DNA of 59,895 bases. Origin: an uncultured Methanosarcinales archaeon. GTDB taxonomy: Archaea > Nanobdellota > Nanobdellia > Woesearchaeales > JASKKU01. Positions 1-8,668 of the stretch are shown here, one piece after another. The notes under the pieces were generated by a model that did no database searches, had not been told where the DNA came from, and saw nothing but the letters and a program-made list of their open reading frames with translations. The DNA lies in contig CAYLQM010000002.1 of the NCBI GenBank assembly GCA_964386095.1, positions 1-59,895 of the forward strand, written 5' to 3'. Position 1 is the first letter of the stretch. The number at the start of each line of letters is the position of its first letter. The position numbers and the translations under genes were made by a program.

Positions 1-66
1 GAAATACGTTTATCTGAAAAAAAGGTATCACTTTGCTCACACCAGGAATATCAAATGAGAACATAT

Positions 67-441
67 TTAAATTTTTTCATTTGGTTCTTTAAAACCTAAC
101 TGGATACAATTTCTATCTACAGATTCAATGCATTCATGTATCCTGCATACGCTCCCGTTTTCTTCAAATCTATTGATCACCTGTTTGACTAAACGCTGAA
201 GATTTATCTCTCCTTTTACGAGTTTATGAACTTCTTCATTTATCACTTGCTTTTCCTCGTTATTAAATACCACTTTTGAAGCTCGTTTATTTTTAAGATA
301 TTGATTAATTGCAGGAGGTGTAAGTCCCATAATCTTTGCCGCCTCCTTTTGTTTAAAACCCCGTTCCAGAAGCTTTTGTGCAACATATTTTCTAATTGCT
401 GGAGCAATATACAAGTATTCAACATCTATAGATATCATCAT
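67..441 (-). CDS. Small helix-turn-helix transcriptional regulator (XRE-like HTH plus Cys/His-containing C-terminal tail, resembles archaeal COG2522-type regulators)
   Basis: 124-aa ORF; KQKEAAKIMGLTPPAINQYLKNKR is a classic Cro/XRE-type HTH; C-terminal GSVCRIHECIESVDRNC gives a C-x2-H-x-C...C cluster. Confidence 0.6.
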   Translation of the reverse strand: MMISIDVEYLYIAPAIRKYVAQKLLERGFKQKEAAKIMGLTPPAINQYLKNKRASKVVFNNEEKQVINEEVHKLVKGEINLQRLVKQVINRFEENGSVCRIHECIESVDRNCIQLGFKEPNEKI

Positions 442-544
442 TTTAATTAACAGGTGTTAATTTGACATTTAAATAGATTTCTGATACTTTTATAACAAAC
501 TAAAATTTTGTTCAGGGTTAAGGAATTCTTGAATTTATTAAATC

Positions 545-582
545 ATTGATTAAAATTATTGATTAATATTTATTGACTTTAA
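545..582. promoter_or_regulatory. Three direct copies of ATTGA(T/C)T..AA in the divergent promoter region between the HTH regulator and the AAA+/VWA operon
   Basis: ATTGATTAA at 545-553 and 558-566, ATTGACTTTAA at 572-582 (13-14 bp spacing); the background is AT-rich, so chance is possible. Confidence 0.25.
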
Positions 583-658
583 TTACTAAACTCTCAAATT
601 TCTTTTAAACTTTTATTTTAACAATAGTTTTTTAAATAGCTTTGCTTACATCCCTCTC

Positions 659-1672
659 ATGATATTCGAAGAAATTAAAAAAGCGATTTTGGAAGGAATC
701 ACTTTTGACGATTTTTTAGGTCAAGAGAATGTGCAAGAGAGTTTAAAATCCGCTTTAATCTCTGGTCATCACGTTATTTTTGTCGGTCCGCCGGGAGTTG
801 GTAAAACGACTTTGGCCAAAAATGTTGCTAAACTACTAAAACCAATTACTGTCAATGATTGTGGCTTTAATTGTGATCCTAAAGATCCCTGGTGTCCAAT
901 CTGCCGCTCTGGGAAGGAGATGAAAAAAAAAATTTTAATTCCTGAGGAAAGATTTGTCAGAATTCAGGGTAGTCCAGATTTGACTTTTGAGGATTTAATC
1001 GGTGACATTGATCCTCAGAAAGCATTGAAATATGGAGCTTTTTCTATGGAGGCATTCAAACCCGGAAAAATTTTCAAGGCTAATAAAGGCATCTTGTTTT
1101 TTGATGAGCTCAACAGATGCCCACCAAAACTACAAAATTCTCTGCTTCAAATTCTCGAAGAAAAGAAGGCCACTATCGGAAGCTATGAACTTGATTTAAA
1201 ATCTGATTTTATATTGATTGCAACTATGAATCCTGACGATGAAAACACAGAACCATTGTCAGATGTTTTCCTTGATAGAGTTGATATAATCTCTGTGGAT
1301 TACCCTGAAGATTTAGAAGTTGAAAAGGAGATTGTGCTTTCAAAAGGCAAAAGATTAATCGGGATACCTGTTGAATTTGTTAGAATCATTGTGGAATTTA
1401 TAAGGAGTTTGCGAAACAATAAAAACCTTGAAAAGAAACCTTCTGTAAGAGCCAGCTTAGCTTTATATGAACGAACTCAGGCAAATGCGTTATTAAATCA
1501 TAGAACTGTTCCTACAATAGACGACATCTTTGCTAGTTTAAACTCTGTTTTGCTTCATAGAATTAAATTAAAACCAAGTTTGGACTTTAGAATGACTAAT
1601 GAAGAATTCTTGGAGAAGGAGTTTAAATCTTTTATAGATAACCTTAAAAAATCACACGGTGATTATCCGTAG
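659..1672 (+). CDS. AAA+ ATPase of the MoxR / Mg-chelatase ChlI-like family with a Cys4 insertion
   Basis: Walker A GPPGVGKTT, Walker B ILFFDELNR, sensor/arginine-finger region SDVFLDRVD; C-x3-C-x6-C-x2-C (CGFNCDPKDPWCPIC) inserted after Walker A, as in archaeal ChlI-like ATPases. Confidence 0.8.
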   Translation: MIFEEIKKAILEGITFDDFLGQENVQESLKSALISGHHVIFVGPPGVGKTTLAKNVAKLLKPITVNDCGFNCDPKDPWCPICRSGKEMKKKILIPEERFVRIQGSPDLTFEDLIGDIDPQKALKYGAFSMEAFKPGKIFKANKGILFFDELNRCPPKLQNSLLQILEEKKATIGSYELDLKSDFILIATMNPDDENTEPLSDVFLDRVDIISVDYPEDLEVEKEIVLSKGKRLIGIPVEFVRIIVEFIRSLRNNKNLEKKPSVRASLALYERTQANALLNHRTVPTIDDIFASLNSVLLHRIKLKPSLDFRMTNEEFLEKEFKSFIDNLKKSHGDYP

Positions 1673-2864
1673 CATAGATTCTAAAAAGGCAATAAAGAAG
1701 CAAGAGAAGGAAGAAACTGTTAATTCTTTTATATCCAAGAACGAGTCTGTCGAAGATAAACTGCCTAAGGATGTATTATTTGACGACCAGAAAAGTGATG
1801 ATGCTAAGTTAATCTACGAGGCAGCCAATCACAATATTTCTCTGTTTGTTCCAAACTTAATGTTCCTTAATCTCGTTAACAATTTTAGAAGCACGCGGAA
1901 TTTGTATGGAGACACTTTTATTAAATTGCTGACAGGTTTTGACCCACACTATATTGAAAAGAACCTTAAGATACCCGAGTTTAAAAAAGTGCTGAAAAAA
2001 CAGGTGTCTGAAAAAATAAGAGAATTAAAGAAAAAAGGCTTTGTTGATGGCAACTTTAATATAACAGACTTTGCTTATGAAATATCTATTTTTGAGATTG
2101 CAATTAAGGAGCTTGAGAAAATTAAATCGAACAGCTTTTCTTTTAAACAAGGTTCAGTTAAATCCAAAGACGGTTTAACTGATGATGTGATTAAATTTAC
2201 AGCAAACGCGCCATTAAGAAACATTGCTATTAGAAACACTGTAAGAAAAGCAGTTTCACGGAATCATAAACAGATTTTAATAGATGACCTTTCAGTTTAT
2301 GAGCGCGTTAATGAAAATAAAGTTGAAACTATCCTTTGTATCGACGCTTCTTCTTCCATGAAGGGGGAAAAAATAGCGAATAGCAAAAAAGCAGCTTTAA
2401 TCTTATCATATGCTTCTTTAAAAAATCACGATTTGGTTGGTTTAGTTATCTTTCAAGATAAGGTAATTAATAAGCTCAAGCCGACAAGGAACCTAAAAGA
2501 ACTTGTTCCTATTATTTCCAAGATTCAAACTAAAAGAATGACAAATATAGCCTTGGCTATTCATAAAGCAATCCCGCTTTTTAACAAGAATGTTACAAAG
2601 AATCTTATAGTTATAACTGATGCAATGCCTACTTCAGGCAATGAACCTTTAGAACAAACTTTGCATGCAGCCTCGCTTGCTCGGGAGAAAAAAATTCATT
2701 TAACTATTGCTGGCGTTGGTTTGACAACTGAGACAATTGAAATAGCAAAAAAGCTTATCGAGATTTCTAAAGGAACTCTATATGTAGTAAAAAATCCGGA
2801 GAATTTGGACACAATTTTGATTGAGGAATATTACTCTTTAAAATCCAAGAGATCATTTATTTGA
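1659..2864 (+). CDS. von Willebrand factor A (VWA) domain protein, partner of the upstream AAA+ ATPase (ChlD/BatA-like arrangement)
   Basis: GTG start overlaps the upstream stop by 14 nt; MIDAS motif CIDASSSMKG followed by a VWA-like beta-alpha pattern (LVGLVIF, LIVITDAMPTSG); the N-terminal ~220 aa has no motif I recognise. Confidence 0.75.
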   Translation: MIIRSIDSKKAIKKQEKEETVNSFISKNESVEDKLPKDVLFDDQKSDDAKLIYEAANHNISLFVPNLMFLNLVNNFRSTRNLYGDTFIKLLTGFDPHYIEKNLKIPEFKKVLKKQVSEKIRELKKKGFVDGNFNITDFAYEISIFEIAIKELEKIKSNSFSFKQGSVKSKDGLTDDVIKFTANAPLRNIAIRNTVRKAVSRNHKQILIDDLSVYERVNENKVETILCIDASSSMKGEKIANSKKAALILSYASLKNHDLVGLVIFQDKVINKLKPTRNLKELVPIISKIQTKRMTNIALAIHKAIPLFNKNVTKNLIVITDAMPTSGNEPLEQTLHAASLAREKKIHLTIAGVGLTTETIEIAKKLIEISKGTLYVVKNPENLDTILIEEYYSLKSKRSFI

Positions 2865-3205
2865 AGATTGTATTTTTTGATAGAGCCGTTTCCAACTTCT
2901 ATGGCATATTTTGCCTTAGCTTTTGAATTGTAAAAACTAAATGGCTTGAAATTTTCTTTTAGATCAACAATCTTTTTTTCAGAGTTTAAGAAAATAACAT
3001 CTATTGGATAAAAGACAAAAACCATATGTAATGAGATTACCCGCTCACTTTTAAATTCAAAGATTAAGGGAAACTTAATTTTAAAAGTGAACATTAACCC
3101 TTTCGCAAGCAACCATGTTTTCGTTAGATATGCACCTTTGTTGATAAGAACCTTTTCGCAATCCCTTTCTTTTTTTACGACTTTTACGAATTTCATGTGT
3201 TCCAA
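2831..3205 (-). CDS. DUF192 (COG1430) family protein
   Basis: 124 aa; GLMF motif and the pattern SLHMVFVFYPIDVIFLNSEKKIV...KYAIEV are typical of DUF192; converges on and overlaps the VWA gene by 34 nt. Confidence 0.6.
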   Translation of the reverse strand: MEHMKFVKVVKKERDCEKVLINKGAYLTKTWLLAKGLMFTFKIKFPLIFEFKSERVISLHMVFVFYPIDVIFLNSEKKIVDLKENFKPFSFYNSKAKAKYAIEVGNGSIKKYNLQINDLLDFKE

Positions 3206-3220
3206 ATGCGTTTAGTTTAA

Positions 3221-3667
3221 CTAAGGATTAATGTGCTGATTCTGAGACAGCATTAATACTGATGAATCGCCTTCTTTTACAAATATAACTTTGCCTTTGT
3301 TTATGAGATTTTTAATGTATCTATAGAAGGTAGCTTTAGAACATAATTGTTCTTTATCAACCATTATTGACTTGAGTTGCGTAGTAGAAATAGGACCTAA
3401 AGCGAGCAGCGCAAGAATTTTGTCATATGCTGATATGTTCGCTTTTTTTTCACTGTTTTTAGATTTTGGCCTATCTGTATTGTAAACATAATTTTTTATT
3501 TCTCGGAGCTCTTTGAGAATATCTTGCATCAATTCTCCAAGTTCAAGATTTCTGACTTCCAGTTCCTTTAATCGTTTGCTTTGTTCAAGAATGTCCCGTT
3601 TTGCTCTGTTAAAACTTTTTTTTACAGTTTCCTTAAATCTCTCAAAATCCAGTTCTTGCAAAGGCAT
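3221..3667 (-). CDS. Coiled-coil plus C-terminal winged-helix DNA-binding protein (hypothetical)
   Basis: 148 aa; N-terminal heptad-rich segment (KRLKELEVRNLELGELMQDILKELREIK), C-terminal wHTH-like ILALLALGPISTTQLKSI...FYRYIKNLINKGKV; TATA-like GTATTTAAATC about 25-35 nt upstream of the ATG. Confidence 0.5.
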   Translation of the reverse strand: MPLQELDFERFKETVKKSFNRAKRDILEQSKRLKELEVRNLELGELMQDILKELREIKNYVYNTDRPKSKNSEKKANISAYDKILALLALGPISTTQLKSIMVDKEQLCSKATFYRYIKNLINKGKVIFVKEGDSSVLMLSQNQHINP

Positions 3668-3756
3668 ACCCTTGTGGGTCTTTTTAAGATTTAAATACTT
3701 TTTTATGCTTTCGAAAACAAGATTTGATTCCTGAGTTCCGTCGAGATTAATCTTTG

Positions 3757-3887
3757 TTGAGACTCATTTGAGACTAAATTGAGACTTATTTGAGACCCAC
3801 CCAATCCATTCCCATATACGACACCCCCTTATTTCCACTGCAAAAACTGATACTTTTTTGAGACTCGTAGTCTCAAAAACTGAGACT
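3757..3887. repeat. Iteron-like array: four TTGAGAC(T/C) copies at exact 11-bp phasing, a palindromic pair, one further copy, and an ORB-like element between them
   Basis: TTGAGACT at 3757, 3768, 3779; TTGAGACC at 3790; palindrome TTGAGACT-CGT-AGTCTCAA at 3858-3876; CTGAGACT at 3880-3887 (GAGACTCGT repeated 22 bp apart); CCCCC at 3824-3828 followed by TTTCCACTG at 3832-3840. Confidence 0.8.
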
Positions 3888-3997
3888 CGTCTAAATTTTA
3901 AGTTAAAATACGGGGCGCAGAAAAAGTTAATTTTAAAAATCAATCTCTGACAAGAAACTATTTTTAAGTAACAACAGCTTAACAGAAGCAAGTTATC

Positions 3998-4594
3998 TTA
4001 AAATTCCAGTAAGGTCCCTGCTGGGCCGGGATTACAAAAGGTAATATTTCCGTGTTGACATAATTTGCCTTCGTTTTCATGAAAATGTCCTGAGAGAGCA
4101 AGTATTTTCTTGTTAGAGTATTTTTTTAAAAAAGACTTAAAAGATTGATTTCCAAAATGCACTCCTTCAAGTTCGTCCAGACATGAATCCTTGGGCGGAG
4201 CGTGTGTCATGAGAACTATTTTCTTGAATTTTGTTATTTCTTTTTTATTTTTTCGTATAAAACTCTCAAACTTGGGTTCTCTGAGCGAGAATCCGCCCCC
4301 GCCGAATCCTATGAATAAGATATCTTCAAATATAAACAGCTTCTTGTGTATAAAAACAATGTTGTGAGAAGAGGCAGCAATCTTTTTAAACATCTCAAAA
4401 TCATCGTGATTGCCGTGAATCATTAAAATCAATTTTGGAATCTGTTTTAATTTCTTAATGATTCTTTCATCAATTTCTCTAAAAATAGATAAATCCCCTA
4501 AGAACAGGACAATATCGGCTTTTTTAGAAAGTCTTAGAACTCTATTCAAATATTTGATTTCATTATGAGTGTCTGTAAATGCAACTATCTTCAT
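3998..4594 (-). CDS. Calcineurin-like metallophosphoesterase
   Basis: Ordered motifs DTH (FTDTHNE), GDL (FLGDLS), GNHD (HGNHDD), THAPP, GHFH. Confidence 0.8.
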   Translation of the reverse strand: MKIVAFTDTHNEIKYLNRVLRLSKKADIVLFLGDLSIFREIDERIIKKLKQIPKLILMIHGNHDDFEMFKKIAASSHNIVFIHKKLFIFEDILFIGFGGGGFSLREPKFESFIRKNKKEITKFKKIVLMTHAPPKDSCLDELEGVHFGNQSFKSFLKKYSNKKILALSGHFHENEGKLCQHGNITFCNPGPAGTLLEF

Positions 4595-4672
4595 ATTCCT
4601 GATGTGAAAATGCTTTGATTTAAAAAATCTGTGTTTAAATGTGAGTATAGAAAACTAAAGTAAAAATTAAAT

Positions 4673-5335
4673 TTAATCAGACAAATTAAAATTTAGCAGC
4701 ACCCTCTTATCTCCATTAGGAAAATTTGTCCCGATTTCTGATACGGCATATTGCCAGAACCATTTGCCTTTTTCCTTTTTCAAAGTTATAAATTCAAACT
4801 TTGCAACTTTTGTATTTAATTCGTCTTGACCTTTCTCTCTGATTTTTGCTGAGAACTCTAGAATACTCTTTTGAATGACTTTGATATCTTCATTATCAAC
4901 TATCAGCTTGTTGCCATTATTATTGATAATTGATAAATTCACGATTTCAATCACATCATCCGAAGTTTTGTATTTCTTTTTTAATTCGTCCACAAGTTTT
5001 TTATCAAGAGCGCCAACCATCCACCCTTTTTCAGTATCTCCTTCAGCATAACACAAATCCTCTGAACCAATTAAGCAATCAATCGTTATTTCCTTACTAA
5101 ACTCAACAGATTGCGTCGTTTGAGTGGTTTCTAATGGAATTTCCGTTAAGTTGTTCTTTGAGATATTGCTGTTTTTGATGATATTGATTTCGTTGTTTGT
5201 TGTTTGTTTCTCCTGCTGTTGGGATTGAGGCATCAAATAAAAATAAGTGAGTGCAAAAAAAATCAAAATCGCACCAGTAATAACTGCCATTTTAAGGACT
5301 TTCTTTTTAGTTTTGGTTTTCATTTCCTTGCTCAC
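4673..5335 (-). CDS. N-terminally membrane-anchored extracytoplasmic protein (hypothetical), translationally coupled to the upstream surface protein
   Basis: 220 aa; Lys-rich N-terminus then a single TM (MAVITGAILIFFALTYFYL), Q/N/T-rich linker, globular C-terminal domain with a Cys pair (DCLIGSEDLC); 4-nt overlap with 5332..7521. Confidence 0.5.
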   Translation of the reverse strand: MSKEMKTKTKKKVLKMAVITGAILIFFALTYFYLMPQSQQQEKQTTNNEINIIKNSNISKNNLTEIPLETTQTTQSVEFSKEITIDCLIGSEDLCYAEGDTEKGWMVGALDKKLVDELKKKYKTSDDVIEIVNLSIINNNGNKLIVDNEDIKVIQKSILEFSAKIREKGQDELNTKVAKFEFITLKKEKGKWFWQYAVSEIGTNFPNGDKRVLLNFNLSD

Positions 5336-7521
5336 CCAACGATTTTAATACTAATGGGCTTCTTGATATTAAAGATTCCGTTTGATATGATTATGTTGCC
5401 GTTGATTTCATCTTCGCTTGGAGTTTTTGGAATGAATCCTATGTAACATCTATCTTTTTCATTAGGTTCTAGTTTGAATTCCTCTGGCGTAATGTATGCA
5501 AAATCTTTGAGTTCATCACTAACTTCGCATTTATAGGTTTGATTTAGAACTCCACAATTCTCAATATCAACATTAACAATCTTACTTTTTCCAAGACCTA
5601 TATTGATTTTGTCCATATTCAATACTGCTTGCGTGCAGAAGCATTCGTTATTGTCTTTGATATTTAGATTGGATTTGAAAATCTTGCTTTTGTTTGTGTT
5701 CTTTGACCTTACGATGATACTACACAAACTCTTTTTTCCATTCGCTTCAACTGGTACTTTTCCATATAATTTTATCTTAGCACTTTCTTGGGGTTCAAGA
5801 AAAACTTTGTCGGTTTTAAATTCGATCCATGAAGGACAAAGATACTCGAACTCGTATTCGTCTTCTTTTGTGCCCTGATTTGTCAAAATCTCCGTTAATT
5901 CAATATCCTGTGTGCTACATGCTTCTAAGTCTTCCAGGCTCATATCGAAATCATAACATTTTTCCACATTGATGCTCTTTTTGATGATTTGCTTGATTTC
6001 AGGATGTTTGTCATCAGATATGACAATCTCTAAATTGACATTGCCTGTTAGATTTGTGGTGTTGAGGAATAGATTAATATCACCCTCCTGATCTTGACTT
6101 AAGTGAATACTGTCGGTTTCACTACTTAACTCTTTAGGATTAAGCACTTTGATATTATATGTTGAATCAGCTTCACCAGTATTTTTAATTTTTAGAGGAA
6201 TAATAAATCCTTCATCCGAACAAGCTTCGGAATCCTCTTTTTCAATAGACGCATTCAATCCATAGCAATTCTTCACTTTTAAGGTGATGAAAGCTTTATC
6301 TTCACAGAAATCATTCTTCGCCCTGATAATTGATCGATACGTTCCCTCTTTATCCAATGGTTTAACCTTAGCTACAAATTGCTGAACCTCACTCTTATTT
6401 AGGATAATATTATTTATCTCTGGTGTTAACCATGGGGAATCGCTTTCAATTTGAAATTGTGATTTTAATCCGCTGTTTAAAACACTCATCAATACCGATA
6501 TTTCTGCTTTTGTGCCGGCACAAATTTCAATTGGAGTTGGACTGGATATCAATGAAATCCCGCAACAATTGGTAGCTTTCACTTTTGAATAAAGCTTTTT
6601 GCTTCCGCCGTATTTAGAATCGATGTTTATAATGATGTCTTTTTCGCCAGGGTCTGTTGGAGTTACATTAAAACTAATAATTTTTGAATTACTGGCATCA
6701 ACTTTGACTTTTGATTGATTAATGTTTAAATCTTGACTTGAGAGTGTGAATTCTTCATCAATTTTTCCGGTATTCTTGACAATTAAAAGCAATTTTGCAG
6801 TTTCACCTAAACAAACCTCTTGAGATGGTGTGAGATTTACTTCAAAACTGGAACACGGGTCCACTTTTATTTTGAAAGAATCTTGTTCTGAGATATAATT
6901 GTCTTTGGTTTTATAGTTGATTCTTACAGAATAATCTCCAGGATTTGTGAATTTATCAGCTTCAAATTCAACATTCTTCTTTTCTTCAGGATTTAGAACT
7001 ATTTCTTTTTCGACAATCTTCCCTTTTGAGACTTCAAACAGCACATCTTCTTTTACTCTTCCACGATTGATTATCTCAAGGAATTCTGAAACAGGTTCAT
7101 TGACGCAGACCTCTATGTCCTTTGTTTTTAATTCCAAACTTCTGCATTCTTTTAATTGATATTCTTGCTTGAAAGTATAAGTCTTGTTTTTATCATCACT
7201 TATTTGAAGTTTAAAATCATACACCCCAGGTTTTTTATCACAAGCAGGAGTCAAGAAAACCAAAATACTTTTGCTGTCTTTGCCATCGATCGTTAACTCT
7301 GTGGGAGCGATTGTAATCTCAGGGTCATCAGTAGATATGTGTAACGACGATCTTTCTACATCATCATTTATTAAGGTTATTTTATAGGCGCTTGAAAAAC
7401 ATTGACACACTTCTTCAGGGCTTTCGCTAGCTTTCAAATCCAAAGCTGCGTTTATATCCAAAAGCAATATTATAAAAGCAACTAAAACAACAACAGACTT
7501 TATTATTTTACGGCATTTCAT
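5332..7521 (-). CDS. Secreted or cell-surface protein built from about seven tandem ~100-aa Cys-framed beta-sandwich repeats (CARDB / NEW3 / DUF11-like)
   Basis: 729 aa; N-terminal signal/anchor KSVVVLVAFIILLLDINAAL; each repeat opens with two Cys about 1-14 residues apart (VCQC, CRSLELKTKDIEVC, CSSFEVNLTPSQEVC, CCGISLISSPTPIEIC, CYGLNASIEKEDSEAC, CYDFDMSLEDLEAC, CFC), most followed by an (I/V)xNxG(x)3-5 strand (IINRGRVKED, VKNTGKIDEE, IKNTGEADST, LTNQGTKEDE, IENCGVLNQT). Confidence 0.65.
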   Translation of the reverse strand: MKCRKIIKSVVVLVAFIILLLDINAALDLKASESPEEVCQCFSSAYKITLINDDVERSSLHISTDDPEITIAPTELTIDGKDSKSILVFLTPACDKKPGVYDFKLQISDDKNKTYTFKQEYQLKECRSLELKTKDIEVCVNEPVSEFLEIINRGRVKEDVLFEVSKGKIVEKEIVLNPEEKKNVEFEADKFTNPGDYSVRINYKTKDNYISEQDSFKIKVDPCSSFEVNLTPSQEVCLGETAKLLLIVKNTGKIDEEFTLSSQDLNINQSKVKVDASNSKIISFNVTPTDPGEKDIIINIDSKYGGSKKLYSKVKATNCCGISLISSPTPIEICAGTKAEISVLMSVLNSGLKSQFQIESDSPWLTPEINNIILNKSEVQQFVAKVKPLDKEGTYRSIIRAKNDFCEDKAFITLKVKNCYGLNASIEKEDSEACSDEGFIIPLKIKNTGEADSTYNIKVLNPKELSSETDSIHLSQDQEGDINLFLNTTNLTGNVNLEIVISDDKHPEIKQIIKKSINVEKCYDFDMSLEDLEACSTQDIELTEILTNQGTKEDEYEFEYLCPSWIEFKTDKVFLEPQESAKIKLYGKVPVEANGKKSLCSIIVRSKNTNKSKIFKSNLNIKDNNECFCTQAVLNMDKINIGLGKSKIVNVDIENCGVLNQTYKCEVSDELKDFAYITPEEFKLEPNEKDRCYIGFIPKTPSEDEINGNIIISNGIFNIKKPISIKIVG

Positions 7522-7639
7522 GAGTCACACCTTGTAGCCATTTTGAAATAGCAAAGGACAACTGAACAGGAGTTATTGTCGTTTATAAAGTTTGTGTTTT
7601 TAGAACCACTCACTTTGATCCAAATCATTTTAATTTTAG

Positions 7640-8437
7640 TTAATTTAATTTTTTAGCGATTTTTTTAAGCTCGTTAGAACCTGTTTTAATTAAACCTTTT
7701 TGCCAATCTGAGATTATTTTTTTAGCACTTCTTTTTGTATCAACGGCACCGCCAGCGCATTTATAATTTAAAGTTTGCCCGATATGTTCTAACATTGTTT
7801 CAGAATCTTGATTATACTCAACATCATAATGTTGAGCAATTATTTCTTTAATGTTATCTATTAGAAGTAGGGCAACTCTTTCAATATCTTTTAGTTTGTT
7901 AGGATCTTTTGATCCCAATATTGCCTGTCTCACTTCATCGTTTTTGTTAATGTTAACTATTCCGGGAGTATCTATCAAATAAATGTTCTTTTTCATCTTA
8001 ATCAATTGTTTGCCTTTGGTAAAGTTAGAAATCGATGAAGTTAATACTTTGCCCCCACGGGATAGGGAATTTAATAATGAACTTTTGCCAACGTTTGGTT
8101 GGCCAAAAACGCCAATTAAAATCCTATCTCCTCTTTTTTTTATAAGTTCTTCTGCTTTTGATATTATGAACTTTTTGAGATTTCTCATATTGTACCCAGT
8201 TTTCGCAGAGACAATAAACGAGGGTTTTAATCCCTTTAATTGCTTCCCGATAAAACGCTTTGAAGACATGTCTGATTTATTCACAACAAAAATTAGTTCC
8301 TTACCAGCTTCAAGAACTTTTTTTTCCAAATATCTGTTTCGGCTTAGTTCTATTAGTCTACTGTCCAATACTTCTAGCAGTATTTGCGCTTCAGAGATGA
8401 TGTTAAGAACAACTGATGTGTAATTACTCATTTTCAA
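7640..8437 (-). CDS. Circularly permuted ribosome-biogenesis GTPase (YlqF/RbgA / YawG family)
   Basis: G-motif order G4 NKSD, then G1 GQPNVGKSS, then G3 DTPG, diagnostic of cpGTPases; 14-nt overlap with the upstream histone gene. Confidence 0.8.
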   Translation of the reverse strand: MKMSNYTSVVLNIISEAQILLEVLDSRLIELSRNRYLEKKVLEAGKELIFVVNKSDMSSKRFIGKQLKGLKPSFIVSAKTGYNMRNLKKFIISKAEELIKKRGDRILIGVFGQPNVGKSSLLNSLSRGGKVLTSSISNFTKGKQLIKMKKNIYLIDTPGIVNINKNDEVRQAILGSKDPNKLKDIERVALLLIDNIKEIIAQHYDVEYNQDSETMLEHIGQTLNYKCAGGAVDTKRSAKKIISDWQKGLIKTGSNELKKIAKKLN

Positions 8438-8657
8438 GCAAATTCATTAATTTTATCCCCAGTTCTATGTCTTTGGAGTGAATCGTTTTATTACCTTCAA
8501 CTTCCTTTAGTTCAAGCGTCTCATTAATAATCTGTTTAACAAGTTCATTAATTGTGTTGGAGAGCATCTCTGCGGCTTCTTTGGAGATTCTAAAACCTTT
8601 TTCATTGACGAGCTTTTTGATGGGCAATACAGGAATGGCTTGTTTATTTTTTGGCAT
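8424..8657 (-). CDS. Archaeal histone (histone-fold protein, HMf-like)
   Basis: 77 aa; LPIKKLVNEKGFRISKEAAEMLSNTINELVKQIINETLELKEVEGNKTIHSKDIELGIK matches the helix1-loop-helix2-loop-helix3 pattern of HMfB (LPIAP..R(V/I)S.DA...L....A...GRKTI...DI.LA). Confidence 0.8.
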   Translation of the reverse strand: MPKNKQAIPVLPIKKLVNEKGFRISKEAAEMLSNTINELVKQIINETLELKEVEGNKTIHSKDIELGIKLMNLLENE

Positions 8658-8668
8658 TTTTAAAGAGA

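Noticed and set aside
923-932. A10 homopolymer inside the AAA+ ATPase gene as a possible slippage or phase-variation site
   Set aside because: The reading frame is intact (MKKKIL), and such runs are common in Lys-rich AT-rich genomes. There is no frameshifted continuation.
3764-3991. 75-aa minus-strand ORF covering the iteron spacer
   Set aside because: The translation is Cys/Phe-rich nonsense (MLLLSCCYLKIVSCQ...) and is generated by the repeat array itself. It has no start context, so I treat the region as non-coding.
7983-8423. 146-aa ORF antisense to the cpGTPase gene
   Set aside because: It is a shadow ORF; the GTPase frame carries ordered G4-G1-G3 motifs.
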